Below, one piece after another: positions 45,032 to 55,648 of a stretch of 64,000 nucleotides of DNA; the stretch's first letter is position 1, and each line of letters starts with the position of its first letter. Where the stretch lies: contig VYEX01000065.1 in NCBI GenBank assembly GCA_009842675.1, forward strand, positions 65,127 through 129,126, in the 5' to 3' direction. The position numbers and the translations under genes are program-made. Below the pieces are notes generated by a model that was not told the DNA's origin, ran no database searches, and worked only from the letters and a program-made list of their open reading frames with translations. The stretch is from Acidimicrobiia bacterium (GTDB taxonomy: Bacteria; Actinomycetota; Acidimicrobiia; Acidimicrobiales; Bin134).

Positions 45032-46798
45032 ATGGACCAAGAGACGCTGCGCTGGCTGACCGACCCCGAATCCGGGTGCTGGGAGGAGCTGGGCTATCAG
45101 CGGTTCCCCCTGGGCGAACCTGAGTTGGTTGACACCGTGCCGCCGGTGGTCGGCTGGGGCGAGGTTCGAGATCACTACGACGCCGTCGTCGTGGGCAGCG
45201 GGGCGGGCGGCGGAGTGGCCGCCCACGTGCTGGCCGCGGCGGGCTGCTCGGTGCTGGTGGTGGAGCGAGGCCGCGCCCTCAAATCCACCGAGATCGGCTG
45301 GGACCCGGTGCGCAACCACCGCACCGCCGTCTTCGGGTTCGGCGAGGGCGTAACCCCGGTCGGCAATCCCCGGGCGGTCAAAGACGGGGACGGCGAGCAG
45401 GCCCTCGAGCCCCACGATTTCCGCTATCACAACAACGCCGTGGTGCTGGGCGGCGGCACCCGGCTGTACGCCGCCCAGGCCTGGCGATTCGCCCCTGAGA
45501 CGTTCCGCATGGCCAGCGAGTACGGCGTACCCGACGGCTCGGCCCTGGCCGACTGGCCGATCACCTACGACGACCTCGAGCCCTACTACGACTTAGTGGA
45601 ATGGGAGGTCGGTGTGGCGGGAGCGCCGGGCCACACCGGCGACGGACCCCGATCCCGGGGCTACCCGCTTCCTCCATTTCGGCCTGCCCGCTCCGGTGAG
45701 ATGCTGGCCGAGGCCGCGGCCCGTCTGGGCTGGACCGCGGCACCCACCCCCCTGCTGATCAACTCCCGGCCCTACGGCGGGCGGCCCGGATGCGCCAATT
45801 GCAGCCAGTGCGTGGGCCACCCCTGCCCGGTGGACGCCAAGAACGGCAGCCACAATGCCCTGCTCCCCCGAGCCGCGGCCGCCGGTGCCCACATTCTGTG
45901 CGATACCCAAGCGGCCCGAGTCGACGATGTCCGGGGCGAAGTCGAGCTGCGCTCGGTGCAGGGCCAGCGGATGGTGCGGGCCGACCGGATCGTGCTGGCC
46001 GCCGGGGCGGTGGAGACCGCCCGGCTGCTGTTGTTGAGCGAACTGGGCAACGACTGGGTAGGCCGGTGCCTCCAAGGCCACACCTACGTTTTGGCCCACG
46101 GCCACGTGGATGCCGACGAGCCGGTCAAAGACGGCATCGGCCCTGGCCTGGCCATCGCCACCCGAGAGCACTGCCACCACAACAATGGGATCGTCGGCGG
46201 AGGCATGATCGCCGACGACAATGCGGTATCGCCGGTGCAGCACTGGGTGATGGGGTCGTGGTTTCGGCCCGAGCACCAAAAGGCAGCCGAGGCCGCCGGC
46301 GAGATCGACGAGTACGGCCGCCCGACGGGATCGTCGGCCCGCCAAGCCCTGACCGACACCTACCGGCGCACGATCATGGTCATGGGCCCGATCCAGGAGG
46401 TCCCCACCCGATCGGCCGGGCTCGACCTGTCGGCGGAAGTGCGGGATCAGTGGGGCCTGCCGGTGGCCCGCTTCTTCGGCGTGCAGCACGAAGAGGACCT
46501 GCACACCGCGGAGTTCCTGGGCGATCGGGCCAAGGAGTGGATTGCCGCCACCGGGGCCCGCGATATAACCGGAGGCTCGATGGGGTTTCAGATCCTGTCC
46601 GGCGGCCAGCACCAAGCCGGCACCGCCCGCATGTCGGACACTCCCGCGGGCGGCGCTGTCGATCCCCAAGGCCGGGTGTGGGGCTGCGAGCGGACCTACG
46701 TGGCCGACTCCTCGCTCCACGTCACCAATGGCGGCGTCAACCCGGTGCTGTCCATCATGGCCAACTCCTGGCGAGTGGCCGACCTGCTCTCCCGCTGA
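45032..46798 (+). CDS. GMC family FAD-dependent oxidoreductase
   Basis: 588 aa. YDAVVVGSGAGGGVAA dinucleotide motif. C-terminal GMC domain with a His-containing active-site region (GTARM...). Confidence 0.83.
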   Translation: MDQETLRWLTDPESGCWEELGYQRFPLGEPELVDTVPPVVGWGEVRDHYDAVVVGSGAGGGVAAHVLAAAGCSVLVVERGRALKSTEIGWDPVRNHRTAVFGFGEGVTPVGNPRAVKDGDGEQALEPHDFRYHNNAVVLGGGTRLYAAQAWRFAPETFRMASEYGVPDGSALADWPITYDDLEPYYDLVEWEVGVAGAPGHTGDGPRSRGYPLPPFRPARSGEMLAEAAARLGWTAAPTPLLINSRPYGGRPGCANCSQCVGHPCPVDAKNGSHNALLPRAAAAGAHILCDTQAARVDDVRGEVELRSVQGQRMVRADRIVLAAGAVETARLLLLSELGNDWVGRCLQGHTYVLAHGHVDADEPVKDGIGPGLAIATREHCHHNNGIVGGGMIADDNAVSPVQHWVMGSWFRPEHQKAAEAAGEIDEYGRPTGSSARQALTDTYRRTIMVMGPIQEVPTRSAGLDLSAEVRDQWGLPVARFFGVQHEEDLHTAEFLGDRAKEWIAATGARDITGGSMGFQILSGGQHQAGTARMSDTPAGGAVDPQGRVWGCERTYVADSSLHVTNGGVNPVLSIMANSWRVADLLSR

Positions 46799-46816
46799 AC
46801 GGGGCCGATCCCCCGC

Positions 46817-48118
46817 TCAGGCGTTCAGCAGCTCCTCTTCGATGCGCTCGGCCATCACCTGGGTGGCCCATTCGATCTTGGCCGGCAGGTGCTCGGTGGG
46901 GAATAGGCCCTCGGAGGGGCGGTAGTCCTTCAGCACCTGCTTGGCGATGGTGTCCTTGTGGACCTCGGTAGGGCCGTCGGCCACCCCGAAGGTGGGGGCC
47001 ATCATCCACATGTTGGCCAGCGGGGTCTCGTTGGACATGCCCAGCGAGCCGTGGATCTGCATGGAGCGGAACACCACGTCCATCAGCACCCGGGGGGTGG
47101 CCACCTTCACCCCGGCGATGTAGAGCCGGGCCTTGGAGGTGTCGGACTGGTCGATCTGCCAGGCGGCGTGCAGCACCTGCAAGCGGAACTGCTCGATCTG
47201 GATCCAGGAGTCGGCGATCATGTGCTGCACCGCCTGCTTCTCGGCCAACAGCGACCCCTTGGTCTCCCGGCTGAGGGCCCGCTCGCACATCATGTCGAAC
47301 GCCTTCTTGGCCGTGCCCACCGAGCGCATGGCGTGGTGTACCCGGCCCCCGCCCAAGCGGGTCTGAGCGATCTTGAACCCGGCCCCCTCCTCGCCCATGA
47401 GGTTCTCGATGGGCACCCGGCACTCGTTAAATCGCAGGTAGCTGTGGCCACCGTGGCCGCGGCGCTCGCCGCCCACCCCCACGTTTCGCACCAGCTCCAA
47501 GCCGGGGGCATCGTGGGGCACCAGCATCATGGACGACCCCCGATACACCGACACGTCGGGGTTGGTGATGAGCATGACAATGAGGAACTCGGCTCTGGGA
47601 TAGTTGGAGGCGAACCACTTCTCCCCGTTGATCACCCACTCGTCGCCGTCCCTATGAGCAGTGCAGGTGAAGTGGTTGGGATCGGACCCGCCTTGGGGCT
47701 CGGTCATGGAGTAGCAGGTGGAGATCTCCCCGGCCAGCAGTGGCTTGAGGTACTTCTCCTTCTGCTCGTCGTTGGCGTAGTGGGCCAAAATCTCCGCGTT
47801 GCCCGAGTCGGGCGCCTGGCTGCCGAATGCCGAGGGACCGAACGTGGAGCGGCCCAGGATCTCGTTCATCAGCGCCAGCTGCACCTGGCCGAATCCCATG
47901 CCCCCCATCTCTGGCTTGAGGTGACAGGCCCACAGCCCTCGGTCCTTCACCTTCTGCTGGATACGGCGCAGATGCGACTGCACCTCGTCGTCGGTCTTGT
48001 CGAACGGCGACCGCCCCCGGAAATAGTGATCCAGCGGCTCGATCTCGGTGTGCATCAGCTCGGTGAGCCAATCCAGGTGGTCTTGAAACTCAGGGTCAGT
48101 AGAAAAATCCCAGGCCAT
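46817..48118 (-). CDS. Acyl-CoA dehydrogenase
   Basis: 433 aa. ACAD pattern (CYSMTEPQGGSD, GEKWFASN, C-terminal ADGPTEVHK). Confidence 0.9.
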   Translation of the reverse strand: MAWDFSTDPEFQDHLDWLTELMHTEIEPLDHYFRGRSPFDKTDDEVQSHLRRIQQKVKDRGLWACHLKPEMGGMGFGQVQLALMNEILGRSTFGPSAFGSQAPDSGNAEILAHYANDEQKEKYLKPLLAGEISTCYSMTEPQGGSDPNHFTCTAHRDGDEWVINGEKWFASNYPRAEFLIVMLITNPDVSVYRGSSMMLVPHDAPGLELVRNVGVGGERRGHGGHSYLRFNECRVPIENLMGEEGAGFKIAQTRLGGGRVHHAMRSVGTAKKAFDMMCERALSRETKGSLLAEKQAVQHMIADSWIQIEQFRLQVLHAAWQIDQSDTSKARLYIAGVKVATPRVLMDVVFRSMQIHGSLGMSNETPLANMWMMAPTFGVADGPTEVHKDTIAKQVLKDYRPSEGLFPTEHLPAKIEWATQVMAERIEEELLNA

Positions 48119-48160
48119 GCTCCGACACTAGTGACGGTGCGCTTGGTCAGCGAATAGGGG

Positions 48161-49690
48161 CTAGTAGATGGGGGCTAGGTGGATGGGGAAGGCGTCGCGG
48201 ATACGGGCGTCGGCCTCGGGAGTGATGTGGTCGGGCTTGGGGCCGCTGAGCACTCCGGTTACGTAGTCGTGGGCCACCTCGTCCATGAGCCGGGCACCGG
48301 CGTCCACCCAGTCGTCGGGGCTGAGGCGGTCTCCGATTAGGGGATATATGTACTCGGTCTGCATGAGCGAGAGGGTTTGGGAGTGGCCGAGGAAGTGCCC
48401 TTCACCCTTCACCACGTCGGCGATCACTTGGGCTGACAGCGTCTCCGGTGTGATCTCAATGCCCCGCACCGTGCGGTTGATGGAGCCCAGCATGTCGTTG
48501 TCGATCACCAGCGCTTCCAGCGAGCAGGCCATGATGCTGGCCAGCATCCCGGCCGTCTCGTTGATCATGTTGGCCCCGGCGTTGGCCGCCAGGGTGATGG
48601 CGTTGGCCTTCTCGGCACCGGCCTGGTTGTCGGGCAGCTTGGAGTCGGCCATGCCGGCCGCCACTCCAGACGGAAGGCCCAGGTAATTCACCACCTGAGC
48701 GGCAGCGGCGTTGATGATCGCCTCCTCGCCGCTGCCCCCGCTCATCGCCCCGGTACGCAAATCAGACACGAACGGCCACATGCCCATCACGCAGGGATGG
48801 CCGGGTAGCACCAGGTTGACCGCGGTCAGCGCGGCCAGGCACTCGGCCAGGGCTTGGACCAGCGAGCCGGCCAGCGCCGCTGGCGAGGTGGCGCCGGCCT
48901 GCCCGGCCGACAGCAGGTTGATAGGCATGCCCCGGCGGGCCTGTTCCATCAGGCACAGGGCCGAATCCTCGGCGAATCGCAGCGGGGGCACCACGAAGGT
49001 GTTGTTGGCAATACTGAAGGGACGGCGGGCAAACTCCCCCTCAGCCCCCAGTGCCATGTCGAACAGGTCTACGCATTCGTGCACGTGGTCGGGTTGGAAC
49101 ATGGCCGTGCCCAGAGGCTTGGTGGTGCCGGCCAGGATGGCGTAGGCGGTGTTGATGTCCAGCTCCCGAGCGGTCTCCATGTCCCGGGCCACCAGCGTGC
49201 GCACGAACACGTGGATGTTGTCGAGGGTGTCGACGATCCGGGCCACGTCGTAGAGGTCGGCCAGGTTGCTGGGGCGGAAGCGCTTGGTGTCGTGGTCGAG
49301 CATCATCACCGCGGCACCGCTGGTGCAGAAGTGAACCCGGTTTCCACCGATCTCCACTCCCCGGTCGGGATCGAAGCCGTACAGGGTGAACTCCTTGCAG
49401 GCGCCGTCCACCGCTCGACGGACAAGGTCGGGGGGGAATCGCAGCCGGTCGTCGTCGTCCATCCGGCCTCCGTTGGCGGTGACCACGTCGATGATCTCGG
49501 GGGTGGCTTGGCCCATGCCCAATTCGGACAGCAGGCCGAGGGCGGCCTCGAACACATCGTCGCACTGACCCTCGGACAAGGGCCTGTAGGCACCTCCGGG
49601 CATCCCCGGCCACACCGCTCGGGCGTCTTCGGCCGGCGGGGCCTCCCGCATGGCTACTCGGGCCGCTCGTCCTCCTGCTCGCCTCGCCAT
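48161..49690 (-). CDS. MttB-superfamily methyltransferase, second, divergent non-pyrrolysine paralog
   Basis: 509 aa. Uninterrupted ORF, MttB-like over its whole length (…VPPLRF…, AGQAGATSPAALAGSL, GHFLGHSQT). No corrinoid-protein gene adjacent. The start lies 1 nt after the upstream gene's stop. Confidence 0.83.
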   Translation of the reverse strand: MARRAGGRAARVAMREAPPAEDARAVWPGMPGGAYRPLSEGQCDDVFEAALGLLSELGMGQATPEIIDVVTANGGRMDDDDRLRFPPDLVRRAVDGACKEFTLYGFDPDRGVEIGGNRVHFCTSGAAVMMLDHDTKRFRPSNLADLYDVARIVDTLDNIHVFVRTLVARDMETARELDINTAYAILAGTTKPLGTAMFQPDHVHECVDLFDMALGAEGEFARRPFSIANNTFVVPPLRFAEDSALCLMEQARRGMPINLLSAGQAGATSPAALAGSLVQALAECLAALTAVNLVLPGHPCVMGMWPFVSDLRTGAMSGGSGEEAIINAAAAQVVNYLGLPSGVAAGMADSKLPDNQAGAEKANAITLAANAGANMINETAGMLASIMACSLEALVIDNDMLGSINRTVRGIEITPETLSAQVIADVVKGEGHFLGHSQTLSLMQTEYIYPLIGDRLSPDDWVDAGARLMDEVAHDYVTGVLSGPKPDHITPEADARIRDAFPIHLAPIY

Positions 49691-49691
49691 A

Positions 49692-52124
49692 TCACGCCCT
49701 CGGTTTCTCGTTGTCAGGATCGTAGGCCGGGCCGTCGAGCACCATTGCCGGTCGTCGGTCGCTCATCAGCTGCACCTCGAATCGAGTGCCCGGTGCTCTG
49801 TACTGGGGTTTCACATAGGCGAAGGCCAGGCCGCGCCCGGTGGTGTGTCCCCAAGTGCCCGATGTGGTCAGCCCGATGAGATCGTCGCCGTCGTACACCG
49901 GCTCGTTGCCCCGGCAGTCGTTGTCGGTGGTGTCCACCTCGCAGTACACGAGGATCATCTCGATGTCGTCGCCCAAGGCCAGCCGCTCCTCGGAGGCCGC
50001 CTTGCCCTGGAACTCGCCCGACCAGTCCACGAAACGGCCCAGGTCGGCCTCCACCGGGGTGATCTCAGTGGTGAGCTCAAAGCCCATCGCCTTGTAGGCC
50101 TTCTCGATGCGCATGGTGTTCATGGCGTAGGCGCCGTAGTGGACCATGCCGAGGGGCTCCCCCGACTCCACCAAGGCGTCGTACAGCTCGGCAGTGTGCT
50201 CCTGGGAGTGGTGCAGCTCCCAGCCCAGTTCGCCCACATACGACACCCGCAGGGCCAGACACGGCACCCCTGCCACCGCGATCTCCTGGCCAGTGAGCCA
50301 GCGGAACCCGGGAGCCTCCAGCTCGGCGTCGGTGAGCGGGGCCAGGATCTGGCGGGACAGGGGGCCCGACACCGCCAAGATGCCCATGTCGTCGGTTCTG
50401 TCGACAACGGTCACGTCCTCACCGTTGGCGACATGGTGGGCCAGCCAGTCCCGGTCGTGGAACTGCCCCACGATGGCGGAGTTCAGATAGAACCGGTCGG
50501 GGGCCAGCCGGGTGATGGTCATCTCGGTCTCGATGCCGCCCAGGGTGGTCAGGAAGTGGGTGAGCCGCATCCCGCCGTCTTTGGCCGGCATGCGGTTGGC
50601 GGTCAGGCGGTCGAGAAGGGCCTCGGCGTCGGCCCCGGTCACCTCGAACTTGGAGAAGGCGGTGAGATCGGCGATGCCGGCCCGCTCCCGGGTGGCCCGG
50701 CACTCGGCCCCCACGATGTCGAAGGCATTGGAGTGCCGGAAGGTGTGGGCTTCGGGCTCGCCGTAGTACTGGGGGCGCTCCCAGCCGAAGATCTCCATCC
50801 ACTGGGCCTGCCGGGCGTCGAGCCGGTCGTAGATGGGGTCGGTCTTCTGCGGACGGCCGGCGAAGCGCTGCTCGCCGGGCAAGCGGGTGGCGTACATCTC
50901 GTGGAACTCATCGATGGCCTTCTCGATGGCGTACCGACCGGTCGGCCCGCAGTGATCGCCGAACCGGCGGGGGTCCATCTCGGCCACGTTGATCTCGGTC
51001 TGGCCGTGCACCATCCACTGGGCCAAGTACTTGCCCGCGCCCGGACCCTGGGTGATCCCGATGGACGCCCCCGCGCACAACCAGTAGTTCCGCAGCCCGG
51101 GAGCCGGTCCCATGAGGTAGCCGGAGTCGGGGGTGTGGGTGATTGGCCCGCTGACCACGGTCTTAATCCCGGCGTCGGCGAAGGCGGGGATCCGCTTACC
51201 TGCCTCGATCAGCCACGGCATGAGCTGGTCGAGGTCGGGCGGTGTCAGGTAGAAGTGCTTGTCCCAGTCGATGCCCTCCAGCCCGTAGGTTTGGGCGTTT
51301 TCCCGCTCGTAGGGGCCGACCAGCAGCGAGTCGATCTCGCGCCGGTAGTAGGCCGACGCTCGGGGGTCGCGGATCACCGGCGGGTCGAAGTCGCCCAGTT
51401 CCTTCATCTCGGCCATGGGCTCGGTGATGAGGTACTGGTGGATCACCGACACGATGGGCACGTCCAGGCCCACCATGGCGCCGAGCTGGGGGGCGTAGCA
51501 CCCGGCCGCGTTCACCACGTGCTCAGCCACGATGCGGTGGGTCTCGCCGCCCACCTCGCAGACCAGTTCCCAACGGTGGTCCGGGAGCTGGTTCATGTCG
51601 GCAACCAGCGTGTTGCGATAGACCTCGCCACCCAACTGCCGGGCCCCTTTGACCATGGCCTGGGTCACACTGGACGGATCGGTCCAGCCGTCGTTGGGGG
51701 TCCAGCACCCCATCAACACGTCGGACACGTCCATGAACGGCCAGTGGTCGAGGATCTCCTTGGGCTCAATCAGGTGGTTCTCCACCCCCACCAGATCGAG
51801 CATCCCGCTCACGTAGCGGAACCAGTCCACCTGATGGCGGTCGAGGGCCAGGCGAATGGCCCCGGTGCCGTGCCAACCGCTGGCCAGTCCAGTCTCGGCT
51901 TCGATGCTGTCGTAGAGCTCGGGGGCCACCTGGTGGCACTTGGCCATGTTCAGACTGCCGATGAAGTGAGGGATGAGGCCCGCGGCGTGCCAGGTGGAGC
52001 CCGAGCACAGCTCTCCCTTCTCCACCAGCACGGTGTCGGTCCAACCCTCATGGGCCAGGTAGTAGAAGAGGCCCGCGCCCATGGCCCCGCCGCCGATGAT
52101 CACAACTTGGACTTCGTCGCGCAC
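49692..52124 (-). CDS. Dimethylglycine/sarcosine dehydrogenase-like FAD oxidoreductase with GcvT folate-binding domain
   Basis: 810 aa. VVIIGGGAMGAG, covalent-flavin motif GSTWHAAGL, aminomethyltransferase-like C-terminal half. Confidence 0.88.
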   Translation of the reverse strand: MRDEVQVVIIGGGAMGAGLFYYLAHEGWTDTVLVEKGELCSGSTWHAAGLIPHFIGSLNMAKCHQVAPELYDSIEAETGLASGWHGTGAIRLALDRHQVDWFRYVSGMLDLVGVENHLIEPKEILDHWPFMDVSDVLMGCWTPNDGWTDPSSVTQAMVKGARQLGGEVYRNTLVADMNQLPDHRWELVCEVGGETHRIVAEHVVNAAGCYAPQLGAMVGLDVPIVSVIHQYLITEPMAEMKELGDFDPPVIRDPRASAYYRREIDSLLVGPYERENAQTYGLEGIDWDKHFYLTPPDLDQLMPWLIEAGKRIPAFADAGIKTVVSGPITHTPDSGYLMGPAPGLRNYWLCAGASIGITQGPGAGKYLAQWMVHGQTEINVAEMDPRRFGDHCGPTGRYAIEKAIDEFHEMYATRLPGEQRFAGRPQKTDPIYDRLDARQAQWMEIFGWERPQYYGEPEAHTFRHSNAFDIVGAECRATRERAGIADLTAFSKFEVTGADAEALLDRLTANRMPAKDGGMRLTHFLTTLGGIETEMTITRLAPDRFYLNSAIVGQFHDRDWLAHHVANGEDVTVVDRTDDMGILAVSGPLSRQILAPLTDAELEAPGFRWLTGQEIAVAGVPCLALRVSYVGELGWELHHSQEHTAELYDALVESGEPLGMVHYGAYAMNTMRIEKAYKAMGFELTTEITPVEADLGRFVDWSGEFQGKAASEERLALGDDIEMILVYCEVDTTDNDCRGNEPVYDGDDLIGLTTSGTWGHTTGRGLAFAYVKPQYRAPGTRFEVQLMSDRRPAMVLDGPAYDPDNEKPRA

Positions 52125-52142
52125 CGCTGGCCGCTCCTTGGC

Positions 52143-54587
52143 TTAGAGTCGAACCCGCTCTTTGCGGGGATCGTAAAACGAACGTATGGATGCGGTGGCG
52201 GCGATGGGCACTCCGGCCACCTCGACCTCGAAACGCCCGGCCTCCACCCACTCCTTGGTGACGCCATCGACGCATTCCACATAGCCCAGGGCCAGCGCCC
52301 GCTTCTCGGTGTAGCTCCACATCCCGCTGCTGGTGCGGCCCACCAACTGGCCATCGCAGTAGATGGGCTCATCGTGGTACAAGAGCCAATCAGGGTCCTC
52401 CAGCCGGAACTTGATGAGCCGCTTGGTGCGGGGTCCCTCCCGCTGAGCGGCCAGCGCGTCGCGACCCCGGAACCCGCCGGCCTTGTCCCAGGCCACTGCG
52501 AATCCCAATCCCGCCTCCAACGGAGTGTCCTCATCGGTGATGTCGTGGCCCCAATGGCAATAGGCCGCCTCCATGCGCAGCGTGTTCATGGCGTGGTAGC
52601 CGGCATGGCGCAATCCCAAGGGCGAACCAGCGTCCACCACTGCATCGTGCAGAGCCACTGCATTTTCATTGGGCACATAGAGCTCCCAGCCCAACTCGCC
52701 CACGTAGGTCATGCGCAGCGCCACGGCCTCCACCCCGGCGAGGCAGAGATCCTGGGCGGTGCCGAATGGGAAGCCGTCGTTGCCGAGGTCGGCGTCGCAA
52801 AGCTGGTTCAGCACCGACCGGGAGTTGGGGCCCATCACGCCGAGCACCCCGCAGCGGTCGGTGACGTCTTCGATGACCACATCTCGGCCCCGAGCCGCCC
52901 GCCGCAGCCAAGCCCAATCGCGGGTGGCGGTGCCGGCCGAGGTGACCACCCAATAGGAGTTCTCGCCCCGGCGGGTCACGGTGAGGTCGGCCTCGATGCC
53001 GCCGCAGTCGTTCAGCCACTGGGTGTACACCGCCCGGCCCACCGGGACGTCCACCTCGTTGGCGCACACCCAGTTGAGCAGGGCCATGGCGTCAGGGCCC
53101 TCCACGGTGAACTTGGCGAACGAGGTCTGGTCGAACAGGCCGACCGCGTTGCGGACCGCATCGCATTCGACCTCGCTGGCCTCGAACCAGTTCTGCGGCC
53201 CCCAGCTGTAGCGGTATTCCCGCTCTTGGCCGGGAGCGGCGTACCAGTTGGGCCGCTCCCACCCCCCGACCTCCCCGAAAACCGCGCCGGCGGCGTCGAT
53301 GCGCTCGTGCAGCGGCGACCGGCGGATGTTCCGGGCCGTCTCGTACTGGCGGAACGGCCAGTGCATGGCATACAGCAGCCCCAGGCTCTCGGGGATGCGG
53401 GCGTCGAGATAGGCGGGCTCGCACTGGAATCCGAATGAGCGGCGGATGTCCACCATCGAGAGGTCCATGGGCGGGTGGTCGTCGACGATCCAGTCGGCCA
53501 GCACCCAGCCCACCCCGCCGGCCGACTGGATGCCCACCGAGTTGAACCCGGCGGCCACGAAGCAGCGGTCCACCTCGGGTGATTCGCCCAAGTAGTACAC
53601 CCCGTCGGGGGTGAAGGCCTCGGGACCGTTGAAGAACAGCTGCAAGCCCGCCTCCCCAAGCACGGGCATGCGATGGATGGCCCGCTCGAATATCGGGCCG
53701 ACGTGTTCCCAGTCCTCGGGCAAGGTCTTGAACTGGAGGTCTCGGGGAATGCCGTCGAGATTCCAGACCTTGCCCCGGGGCTCGAAGAAGCCGGCCATCA
53801 GCTTGCCGGTCTCCTCTTTGAAGTAGGTGTAGTTGGACGGGTCGCGCACCGTGGGCATGTTGGGATACGCCCCCTCGACGGGTTCGGTGACGATGTAGAA
53901 GTGCTCGCAGGCCTGCACCGGCACGCTCACCCCGGCGGTAGCAGCCAGCTGGCGGGTCCAGATCCCGGTGGCCAACACCACGGTCTCGGCCTCTACCCGG
54001 CCCGCCTCAGTGTCCACCCCTACCGCCCGGCCGTCTTCCACCACCACCCCGGTCACCGCGGTGCCCTGGACGATCCGGGCGCCTGCGGCCCGAGCCCCCT
54101 TGGCCAGCGCCATGGTGGTGTCCACCGGGGAGGTCACGCCGTCTCGGGGAATGAACAGTGCGCCCACCAAGTCGTCGATGTTGAGCAGCGGGCACAGCTC
54201 GAGGGCCTCGTCAAGGTCGATCTGGCGGATATCCACTCCCACGGTCCGGGCCATGGACATGCCCCGCAACAGCTCCTCCCACCGCTCCTCATCGGCGGCC
54301 ACCGAGATGGAGCCCGGCGCCCGATAGCCGGTGGCCTGGCCGGTTTCCGCCTCGAGCTCTTCGAACAGCTCGGCCGAGTAGGTGGCCAGACGGGTGAGGC
54401 TGTGGCTGGACTTGAGCTGGCTCACCAACCCCGCGGCGTGCCAAGTGGTGCCACTGGTGAGCTGGCCCTGCTCGATGAGCAATACGTCGGTAACCCCGCG
54501 GCGGGTGAGGTGGTACGCGATAGAACAGCCGACGATCCCACCACCGACGATCACCACCTGGGCCCGATCGCCGAGATCAGCCATCAC
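52143..54587 (-). CDS. Dimethylglycine/sarcosine dehydrogenase-like FAD oxidoreductase with GcvT folate-binding domain (tandem paralog)
   Basis: 814 aa. VVIVGGGIVGCS, GTTWHAAGL, GcvT-like C-terminal half. Confidence 0.88.
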   Translation of the reverse strand: MMADLGDRAQVVIVGGGIVGCSIAYHLTRRGVTDVLLIEQGQLTSGTTWHAAGLVSQLKSSHSLTRLATYSAELFEELEAETGQATGYRAPGSISVAADEERWEELLRGMSMARTVGVDIRQIDLDEALELCPLLNIDDLVGALFIPRDGVTSPVDTTMALAKGARAAGARIVQGTAVTGVVVEDGRAVGVDTEAGRVEAETVVLATGIWTRQLAATAGVSVPVQACEHFYIVTEPVEGAYPNMPTVRDPSNYTYFKEETGKLMAGFFEPRGKVWNLDGIPRDLQFKTLPEDWEHVGPIFERAIHRMPVLGEAGLQLFFNGPEAFTPDGVYYLGESPEVDRCFVAAGFNSVGIQSAGGVGWVLADWIVDDHPPMDLSMVDIRRSFGFQCEPAYLDARIPESLGLLYAMHWPFRQYETARNIRRSPLHERIDAAGAVFGEVGGWERPNWYAAPGQEREYRYSWGPQNWFEASEVECDAVRNAVGLFDQTSFAKFTVEGPDAMALLNWVCANEVDVPVGRAVYTQWLNDCGGIEADLTVTRRGENSYWVVTSAGTATRDWAWLRRAARGRDVVIEDVTDRCGVLGVMGPNSRSVLNQLCDADLGNDGFPFGTAQDLCLAGVEAVALRMTYVGELGWELYVPNENAVALHDAVVDAGSPLGLRHAGYHAMNTLRMEAAYCHWGHDITDEDTPLEAGLGFAVAWDKAGGFRGRDALAAQREGPRTKRLIKFRLEDPDWLLYHDEPIYCDGQLVGRTSSGMWSYTEKRALALGYVECVDGVTKEWVEAGRFEVEVAGVPIAATASIRSFYDPRKERVRL

Positions 54588-54673
54588 ACCTCATAAGCGC
54601 TCCAGTGCTACAAGGTTTTCTGCGAATTTACCGAAGCCCTGGCCTCGCAGTAGGTGGTGAAGAAGGTCTCGCG

Positions 54674-55612
54674 CTACAAAATTGCCAGGGGATTCACCGG
54701 CGAACCGGTGCCGTAGCGTAGCACCAGCGGAGCGCATACGTATTGAAATTCCCAGCGGCCCAGTTCGGCACAACGAGCAGCCGCCGCCTCGAAATCGGCG
54801 TTGTCGATGATGGGCATTCCCATGTACGGCAACAGGATGTGGTGGACGTGCAACGCGATGCGGATGGGCAGCGGGTTGGGGATGCCCTGGTCGTCTTGGG
54901 GGGCGTCTTGGAAGTCCCAGGTCAAGCAGGACGCGTCGGTCTCATAGAGGAACTCGATAGCTGAGGCGTGAACCCCGGCGTTGGAGCCCATCCCCTGTGA
55001 GGTTCCGGTCTTCTCGAAGTACACGTCCATGCCGCTGCGGATGCACACCGCGTCGCCCGGTTGGGGCTCAATGCCCTGGGCTGCGGCCACATCGGCCAGC
55101 TCCCACCCGTGGACCGGCTCGCCCGGCGCTACATAGTCGGTGCCCCGGAAACGGGGGACGTCGTAGAGCACGCCTCGGGTGACGATGCCGTCGCGCCAAA
55201 AGTCGATGGTGCCGCTGTGCTCGGCCGGCATCGGGGGTTTGGCGAACTCCTTCCCGTTCCAGAACTTGCCCCCGCCATCCACCGGCAGGTGGCACAGTGC
55301 GTCGATGTGGGTCTGCACGAACCCGTGGATGAACATCCCGAAGTAGTCGGCCATGGCCCCCGAGTCGCCAGCCCCCACGAAGTGGTGGGCCGGATAGGGA
55401 TTGGCCGGTCCGGCATGGGTGTCGATGGGCCGGCTCATCGACACCGCTTCCCCGGTCTGCACCAGGGCGGCCGCGGCTCGCCGGGCTTCAGGGGTGATGT
55501 GATTGAGAGTCCCCAACTCGTCGTCGTCGCCCCATCGGCCCCAGTTGCAGAACCGCTCCCGGTAGGCGGCGTACTCTTCCGCAGTCGGCGGCGTGCGATC
55601 ACTTAGTCCCAT
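54674..55612 (-). CDS. Cyclase family protein (second paralog)
   Basis: 312 aa. NWGRWGDDDELGTLNHI signature, as in 41286-42305. Confidence 0.8.
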   Translation of the reverse strand: MGLSDRTPPTAEEYAAYRERFCNWGRWGDDDELGTLNHITPEARRAAAALVQTGEAVSMSRPIDTHAGPANPYPAHHFVGAGDSGAMADYFGMFIHGFVQTHIDALCHLPVDGGGKFWNGKEFAKPPMPAEHSGTIDFWRDGIVTRGVLYDVPRFRGTDYVAPGEPVHGWELADVAAAQGIEPQPGDAVCIRSGMDVYFEKTGTSQGMGSNAGVHASAIEFLYETDASCLTWDFQDAPQDDQGIPNPLPIRIALHVHHILLPYMGMPIIDNADFEAAAARCAELGRWEFQYVCAPLVLRYGTGSPVNPLAIL

Positions 55613-55648
55613 AAGGCAGTCTCTATCACAGCGACCGCCCGGGGGTTG

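Noticed and set aside
49650-53438. Very long ORFs antisense to recognisable genes. Examples: 49650-53438 + (1262 aa), 25209-27170 +, 37610-39178 -, 8434-9447 -, 18759-20354 -, 45593-46720 -, 6-635 +.
   Set aside because: They are typical high-GC shadow ORFs. They are Arg/Gly/Pro/His-rich and low in complexity, contain no recognisable motifs, and each lies exactly opposite a gene with clear family signatures.
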